Shown here: in pieces, positions 59,160-64,000 of the stretch
How the letters are laid out: each line of letters opens with the position of its first letter
How positions within the stretch are numbered: the first letter of the stretch is position 1
Origin: Candidatus Hydrogenedentota bacterium
GTDB lineage: Bacteria > Hydrogenedentota > Hydrogenedentia > Hydrogenedentales > SLHB01
DNA length: 64,000 nucleotides
NCBI GenBank assembly: GCA_963745075.1
Contig: CAVUWV010000031.1
Location: 128,001-192,000 of the forward strand
Reading direction: 5' to 3'
Program-made: the position numbers and the translations under genes
The notes under the pieces: generated by a model
The model's database searches: none
Seen by the model: the letters and a program-made list of their open reading frames with translations, nothing else
What the model was told of the DNA's origin: nothing

Positions 59160-59366
59160 GGGCACAATACTCTATTATTCGGTCAAAACATCCGCCTATC
59201 CAAACTCCTATCTTGGATCGCTTCGCTGACGTGGTTGTCGGCGATGGATTCGGCGCCGTCGAGATCGGCGAGGGTGCGGGCGACGCGGAGGACTTTATCG
59301 TAGGCGCGGGCGCTGAAACCGAGCTGGTTGATGGCTTGTTCGAGGAGGGCGTTGGCGCTGTCGGCG
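59160..59366 (-). repeat. Diverged duplicate of the comM 3' end (direct repeat of 63437-63643)
   Basis: 59183-59366 versus 63460-63643: 12 mismatches in 184 bp by manual count; similarity extends ~23 bp past the stop codon. Confidence 0.93.
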
Positions 59367-59449
59367 GGGGACACAGCCCGGTGCCGGACTGCCCGTGTAT
59401 CAATCGGCCACATGCACTCCACCCCCATTCTTCCCTCGTCCTGATGCGA

Positions 59450-59854
59450 TTAGGCGTTTGCTTTCTTTCTGCGAGCGGCCGTGCTTCGCTTCTTCATTGG
59501 CGAATTGCCGGCAACCTTTCCGTGGACGGTTTTCAAGACGATCTGTGGTTCTTCGCGCGCTATCTGGAGCAGGCGGAGACTTGCGTTGCTGGGTTCGCGT
59601 CGTCCCTGTTCTCAACCCTGCACGGTTTTCGGAGAAACATTGAGTGCGGCCGCAAATACTCCTTGCGACATTCTCAATTTGGCCCGGATTTCCGTCACCT
59701 CTTTGGCGCCCATTGGGGGAGGCGGCGCGGGAACCTGCACAGTTACCAGGGACATCTTCTCGCCCCTGGAAAAGGCAATACTGTCTTCCAAACCCGCCAT
59801 GATCATTTCAAAAACACTCATCTCGGATGGTTTCGGTATGCTCAATGTTACCAT
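59450..59854 (-). pseudogene. XRE/HigA-like HTH antitoxin with an internal stop
   Basis: IRAKLRMSQGVFAAALNVSPKTVQG*EQGRREPSNASLRLLQI; TGA at 59612-59614 replaces the conserved Trp codon. Confidence 0.8.
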
Positions 59855-59893
59855 GCACTCCCCTCGTTGCCAGCGCGTTCAATCGTGTACGCA

Positions 59894-60087
59894 TCACTCC
59901 CCTGTCGGTCTATCTTCCTGTCCGACATTGTCTCGGATCTTCTTCCGAAGCGCCGCTTGTTCTTGTAGTAGCTCTTCCGTTCCGCGTTGCCAGTAGGCCA
60001 GCACTTCTTCCCTGGACATTCCGGCGGTCTCGCGCCGCACGCGCTCCGCGCCTTCGTGCATCATTCCACGCAATCAAACGTTTTCAC
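59894..60087 (-). pseudogene. Small hypothetical (antitoxin-like) gene with a one-base deletion
   Basis: GTG overlaps the upstream stop; KTFDCVE / MHEGAERVRRETAGMSREEVLAYWQRGTEEL join when one A is added near 60063. Confidence 0.5.
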
Positions 60088-60293
60088 CGCGCGTGATGCC
60101 TCCGGAACGCCGGAGACTTCGCCTGGATCTTGCGCACCGCCTCGGGCCCGTATATCCGCTCGCCGCAGTCAGGGCATTCGTAGTACTCCACGTTCGACAC
60201 CGAGTATTTCTGGCCGTCGAATTCGCGCGTGAGATTTCCGCGAATCTTCTTTAACCTCTTGCTGTCACAGTTTGGGCACGCTCGAAGTTTCAC
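60084..60293 (-). CDS. YgiT/MqsA-type zinc-finger protein
   Basis: CPNC...VSNVEYYECPDCGERIY; GTG start at 60293. Confidence 0.82.
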   Translation of the reverse strand: MKLRACPNCDSKRLKKIRGNLTREFDGQKYSVSNVEYYECPDCGERIYGPEAVRKIQAKSPAFRRHHAR

Positions 60294-60340
60294 TTGGCTA
60301 GGTCCCTTCTTAGGGTGATAACATACTTGACGACTCAAGG

Positions 60341-60490
60341 CTATTTCTTTGGGGTGGGTTGAGACTTGGGCTGGCTCTTAGCGTCCGGCAAGCTGTCTTT
60401 CGGTGTATTCAAGATTTTGCGCAATGCATCGGAGAACACTGATTGGCCTGATGATGCGTCACTCTTCTTTGTCTTTCTCGGCTTCGTCAT
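60341..60490 (-). CDS. 49-aa basic peptide next to the IS end
   Basis: MTKPRKTKKSDASSGQSVFSDALRKILNTPKDSLPDAKSQPKSQPTPKK; fills the gap between the PIN gene and the IR. Confidence 0.45.
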   Translation of the reverse strand: MTKPRKTKKSDASSGQSVFSDALRKILNTPKDSLPDAKSQPKSQPTPKK

Positions 60491-61016
60491 GGGGTGGTAA
60501 TTCCGTTTGTTTGATTTCGCTGGATAGGCTATCGAAGAATTCTTTTGGGGTCAGAATGACAATCTGATTCGCAAGCTGTTTCTTACAAGACAGTATCTTC
60601 GTCTTTTTCCGCTTGCCTTTATTGTCACCGTCTCTAGTGATGAAAGCCTGAGCTTTCGCCTCTATTGCTGTGGCTAAATGAATAGCATCTGGAGTGTCGA
60701 GTGGAAATCGCTTGCGAAGTTTACCGGCTTCCGTAGCGGTGCGAGCATTTACCGCGTGAACCGTAACAAATTCCTGCCTAAAGAATGATTCGATTAACGC
60801 CGTGGCATCTTCGTCGCTTAATGTCGTCTTTTCTTTTTCGGACGTTTTTACCTTGATAATCTCGGCTCGTGCCAAAACCGAAAGCACTATTTTTAAATTA
60901 CCAGCCTCTGCGTCCTTAATAATAGGCTCGACGTGATTGTAGAAATCCGGATCTTTTATAAGCGAGTCCAGAACCACGCACGAATCTAGGTAGATGAGCT
61001 TAGAATCTTTCGCCAT
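60459..61016 (-). CDS. PIN-domain protein (IS passenger)
   Basis: IYLDSCV, ARAE, PDAIHLATA and FITRD. Confidence 0.85.
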   Translation of the reverse strand: MAKDSKLIYLDSCVVLDSLIKDPDFYNHVEPIIKDAEAGNLKIVLSVLARAEIIKVKTSEKEKTTLSDEDATALIESFFRQEFVTVHAVNARTATEAGKLRKRFPLDTPDAIHLATAIEAKAQAFITRDGDNKGKRKKTKILSCKKQLANQIVILTPKEFFDSLSSEIKQTELPPHDEAEKDKEE

Positions 61017-61791
61017 TACGAATCTTTCTTACATAATCCACCGGGTCTATACCTCCCGTAATATCCATAGGCGGGGCTTCCGAAATCTTGAGGTACTTGG
61101 GATCTGGAATCTTGTCGAAATCGTGAATTTCGATTGCAACCGGTACGCCTTTGTCCGTAAATCGGGCTTTCCCGTAGACTTCAATTTGTTTATGTAAGAA
61201 ACCTTCGCTAAGACGGTCGATTTCAGTTTCAGGAAAGATACATTTGATCTTTTGGCCCGTTGCTTCTTCTTGGATGACAAACTCGTGATGATCATCGGAA
61301 GTTCTTATATCATATAGCTTACCATTAAAGGTCGTTATCTCGCTATGATAGGCTTGGACTCTTAACTGCTGGATGTTCGCGTTCGCGTGCATGGTAGGTG
61401 TAACTTGCCCATATTCCGATGACTTAAATGCGACCGTATTTACGTCTTTGAGAACGCCTACAATCTTTTGAACCGAATCCAGATCGGTGTCACTGAAATT
61501 TTTCGGCAACTTCTTCTTTTGCTCGATAGATCTCAGTCCGCCCATATATTCGCCAATAACCTTCCTTGGGAACGCGGGTTTGCGTTTATTTTGTCCGGTA
61601 ATCGTTAGCATAAGTGGGCTTTTCATGCTTATCTTAGTTATTGCCCATTCTACTTCTATGTCTTTGTCTATTGCCTCTGCGAGGCCACGAAGAACGCCGA
61701 TAGTGTTATTCAACACTGTGACAAAGGAATTGATCGGAACGATACCGCGCTCCGCATCAATCACGATTGTCAACTCCGCTTTCTTTCGCAT
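61000..61791 (-). CDS. Hypothetical protein (IS passenger, overlaps the PIN gene start)
   Basis: 263-aa AT-rich ORF with GAGG RBS; ends DITGGIDPVDYVRKIR. Confidence 0.8.
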   Translation of the reverse strand: MRKKAELTIVIDAERGIVPINSFVTVLNNTIGVLRGLAEAIDKDIEVEWAITKISMKSPLMLTITGQNKRKPAFPRKVIGEYMGGLRSIEQKKKLPKNFSDTDLDSVQKIVGVLKDVNTVAFKSSEYGQVTPTMHANANIQQLRVQAYHSEITTFNGKLYDIRTSDDHHEFVIQEEATGQKIKCIFPETEIDRLSEGFLHKQIEVYGKARFTDKGVPVAIEIHDFDKIPDPKYLKISEAPPMDITGGIDPVDYVRKIRNGERF

Positions 61792-61821
61792 CTTCTACCT
61801 CTTTGAGGTTTAGGTAAAAAG

Positions 61822-62754
61822 TTATGAAACGCATTCTCCGATGAGACGATCATACGTCAACCGCTTACCAGCGATGGACTTCATTGCCGCATCGAATCGT
61901 TCCCGATCTGTCGCTCTACGGTTATTATACCGGAAAGCCTGCTCATCAAGGTATCGAAAAAGATGGAACGGTTCGACAGAAACATAGGTGCCTTTGAGTC
62001 CACGCTTTAGCAAGCTCCAGAAATTCTCCAGGCCGTTCGTGTGGACATTGCCTTTAGCATACGCCTCTGCATGGTCAATCACATGATGGACGAAATCCCG
62101 GGACAATCCATTGTAGCTTGCCAGTGCATCCGTGTGGACTTTCGATCCCTTTTTCACATGCCTGTGCACAATCGGTTGCACCGTCTTTCTGCGCGGATTC
62201 GGGATTAGTTCGGTGCGTACTTCGCCGTGACGTTCCAGAATACCCATAACGATGGTTTTACCAACCATACCAGTGCCTTTAGCCTTGCGTTTCCCCTTGT
62301 GCATATTGCGGGCTTTGCCGCCGATGTAGCTTTCATCTACCTCGACTTCGCCCGAGAGCTTCCCGCCATCGTATTCATCCTGTAAAACAAGGCGCAGACG
62401 ATGCATCATAAACCACGCGGACTTCTGCGTAATTCCAAGGGCGCGGCTAATTTCGTAAGAGGAAACGCCATTCTTAGCGCTCACGATAACCCATAACGCT
62501 ACAAGCCACTTATCTAATCCAAGTGGACTATCCTCAAATACGGTATTATAACGGACGCTGAAGGACTTCCTACAATCACGGCACTGGAACTTACGGCGTG
62601 TGGGAAGATAGGTCACTTTCCCTGAATCGCAATGGACGCAATGAACACCATCAGGCCAGCGGTGCGCTATGAGTGTGTCATGACAGGTGTCGAAGTCGGA
62701 AAAGTACTTGACCGCTTCGATAAGAGTTTCTGGATACTTGACTTGGGAATTCAT
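61822..62754 (-). CDS. IS1595-family DDE transposase
   Basis: Zn ribbon CVHC...CRDC, HTH, EVEVDESYIGG, VHTD, HTNGLENFWSLLKR and YLDEQAFRYN. Confidence 0.96.
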   Translation of the reverse strand: MNSQVKYPETLIEAVKYFSDFDTCHDTLIAHRWPDGVHCVHCDSGKVTYLPTRRKFQCRDCRKSFSVRYNTVFEDSPLGLDKWLVALWVIVSAKNGVSSYEISRALGITQKSAWFMMHRLRLVLQDEYDGGKLSGEVEVDESYIGGKARNMHKGKRKAKGTGMVGKTIVMGILERHGEVRTELIPNPRRKTVQPIVHRHVKKGSKVHTDALASYNGLSRDFVHHVIDHAEAYAKGNVHTNGLENFWSLLKRGLKGTYVSVEPFHLFRYLDEQAFRYNNRRATDRERFDAAMKSIAGKRLTYDRLIGECVS

Positions 62755-62825
62755 TGGGTTTAATCTCCCTCTAATCTAAACCCATTATATCATGAAAAGT
62801 ATGAGTCGTCAAGTATGTTATTGCC

Positions 62826-63115
62826 CTTCTTAGGCAGTATCGCCATCTCGTCTTGCCGTCCGCGCATTTGACGATGTCTTTTGCAACGTCTTGCGAATCA
62901 AGACTTGAAATATCCAATTCAAGGTCATCACAGACGGCGCGGAAGGCCTTGTCCGCCTCTTGCGGTAGCAAAACGGCGGTTACCGGGACATATTCTCCGC
63001 CACGGGTCGTTATCTCAAGGCACCCGCCGGTTTTCCCTGGCGATTGTAATCTTCCCGTCAATTGCCGAAACCTGCAAAGTCTGGATACACATTCACGCCA
63101 TGACCTCTCGTCCAT
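62826..63115 (-). pseudogene. Hypothetical gene interrupted near its 3' end by the IS
   Basis: Removing the IS and one TSD restores ...RWRYCLRRDLAK* with a GTGA overlap into the zinc-finger gene; start uncertain. Confidence 0.5.
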
Positions 63116-63398
63116 ATTGTTCAATTCTATCAAGAATCGTCTGGAGTGCAGCCTTGACACAATCGTCGTCGAGTCGGTTCACGATCAGGACAGATGAAGC
63201 AACGACGAACTCTTGTTCTTTGAGTATATCGGCAAGATATGCCTTCGTATAAACGGAGAACGCGTAGGTATTCAGGAAATTGTCCTGAGACGAGTTCTCA
63301 TCACCAACCTCGACGTACATTTCCGTTGTCGCGTATAGAGGATTGCATGGTGAATCATTCGGGTATTGTAGATAATAGAACGCCGTTATCTTACGCAC
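63093..63398 (-). CDS. Hypothetical protein resembling orphan immunity proteins (Imm8-like)
   Basis: GTG with AAGGGG RBS; YVEVGDE...TYAFSVYT..YL...LIVNRLD...AL..I. Family assignment is by eye. Confidence 0.55.
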   Translation of the reverse strand: MRKITAFYYLQYPNDSPCNPLYATTEMYVEVGDENSSQDNFLNTYAFSVYTKAYLADILKEQEFVVASSVLIVNRLDDDCVKAALQTILDRIEQYGREVMA

Positions 63399-63459
63399 TT
63401 CAATCCCCTTTCCGAGGTGGGCATACAGAAAATAGTGGACACAATACTCAATCGTTCCG

Positions 63460-64000
63460 TCAAAACATCTGCCTGTCCAGACTCCGGTACTGGATCGCTT
63501 CGCTGACGTGGTTGTCGGCAATGGATTCGGCGCCGTCGAGGTCGGCGAGGGTTCGGGCGACGCGGAGGACTTTGTCGTAGGCGCGGGCGCTGAAGCCGAG
63601 CTGGTTGATGGCTTGTTCGAGGAGGGCGTTGGCGCTGTCGGCGATGACGCAGTGGTCGCGGATAGCTTTCGAGTCGAGGTGGGCGTTGCAGGTGTACGCG
63701 CCGTCGTAGCGGGCCCGCTGCCGGTCGCGGGCGGCTTGCACCTCGGCGCGGACTTCCGCGCTGGTGGGTCCGCTGGGCCGCCGGTCAATCAATTCCTCGA
63801 AACTCAGCGGGGGCACGTCGATGTGGATGTCGATGCGGTCGAGCAAGGGCCCGGAGAGACGCGCCATGTAGCGTTGCACCTCGCCGACGCTGCACCGGCA
63901 TTGGCGTTTTGGATCGGTGCGGCAGCCGCAGGGGCAGGGGTTCATCGCGACGACGAGCATGAACCGGCTCGGGAAGGTGACGGAATACATGGCCCGGCGA
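63460..64000 (-). CDS. comM: YifB/ComM family Mg-chelatase-like AAA+ ATPase (3' part)
   Basis: AMNPCPCG, RLSGPLLDRID, SARAYDKVLRVARTLADL and EAIQYR. Confidence 0.95.
   Translation of the reverse strand, partial: RRAMYSVTFPSRFMLVVAMNPCPCGCRTDPKRQCRCSVGEVQRYMARLSGPLLDRIDIHIDVPPLSFEELIDRRPSGPTSAEVRAEVQAARDRQRARYDGAYTCNAHLDSKAIRDHCVIADSANALLEQAINQLGFSARAYDKVLRVARTLADLDGAESIADNHVSEAIQYRSLDRQMF

Larger units (their letters stand above)
60314..62825 (-). mobile_element. Complete IS1595-family element with passenger genes
   Basis: 24-bp IRs GGTGATAACATACTTGACGACTCA (60314-60337) and TGAGTCGTCAAGTATGTTATTGCC (62802-62825), 22/24 match; 8-bp TSD CTTCTTAG at 60306-60313 and 62826-62833. Confidence 0.95.

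Noticed and set aside
59183..59366. comM duplicate as a DGR template/variable repeat pair
   Set aside because: Mismatches are mostly synonymous third-position changes rather than codon-diversifying ones, and no reverse transcriptase is present.
59612..59614. TGA read as Trp or Sec (recoding)
   Set aside because: Other genes in the window use TGG for Trp and TGA as stop; a point mutation or read error is simpler.

Overview
64-kb GC-rich chromosomal segment from a diderm, probably anaerobic bacterium (lipid A genes plus an [FeFe]-hydrogenase); the taxon cannot be assigned from this window alone. From left to right: (i) a trimeric NAD(H)-linked [FeFe]-hydrogenase operon (response regulator, hydC, hydB, hydA, GAF histidine kinase, hydG) behind a palindromic Rex/CRP-like operator; (ii) pilT, signalling and metabolic genes; (iii) core genes lpxA-gnnA-like-lpxB-polA-rho and yicC-gmk-rpoZ-coaBC with xerD; (iv) an 800-bp intergenic region with a sigma54 promoter and two enhancer-like palindromes on one strand, and on the other a highly structured ~280-nt leader with mutually exclusive terminator/antiterminator pairings; (v) a glycosylation cluster, C25 peptidase, Ser/Thr kinase, FHA-GAF-sigma54 activator, ELWxxDGT protein and a candidate sigma54-driven sRNA; (vi) an accessory hotspot at the 3' end of comM, with a diverged 184-bp duplicate of the comM tail, a recurrent GAGTATTGTG(T)CCCC junction motif, orphan immunity/toxin-antitoxin genes and a complete cargo-carrying IS1595 (24-bp IRs, 8-bp TSD). 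Five single-base insertions break otherwise intact genes and look like sequencing or assembly errors. All calls come from reading the sequence and recognising motifs; no searches were run.
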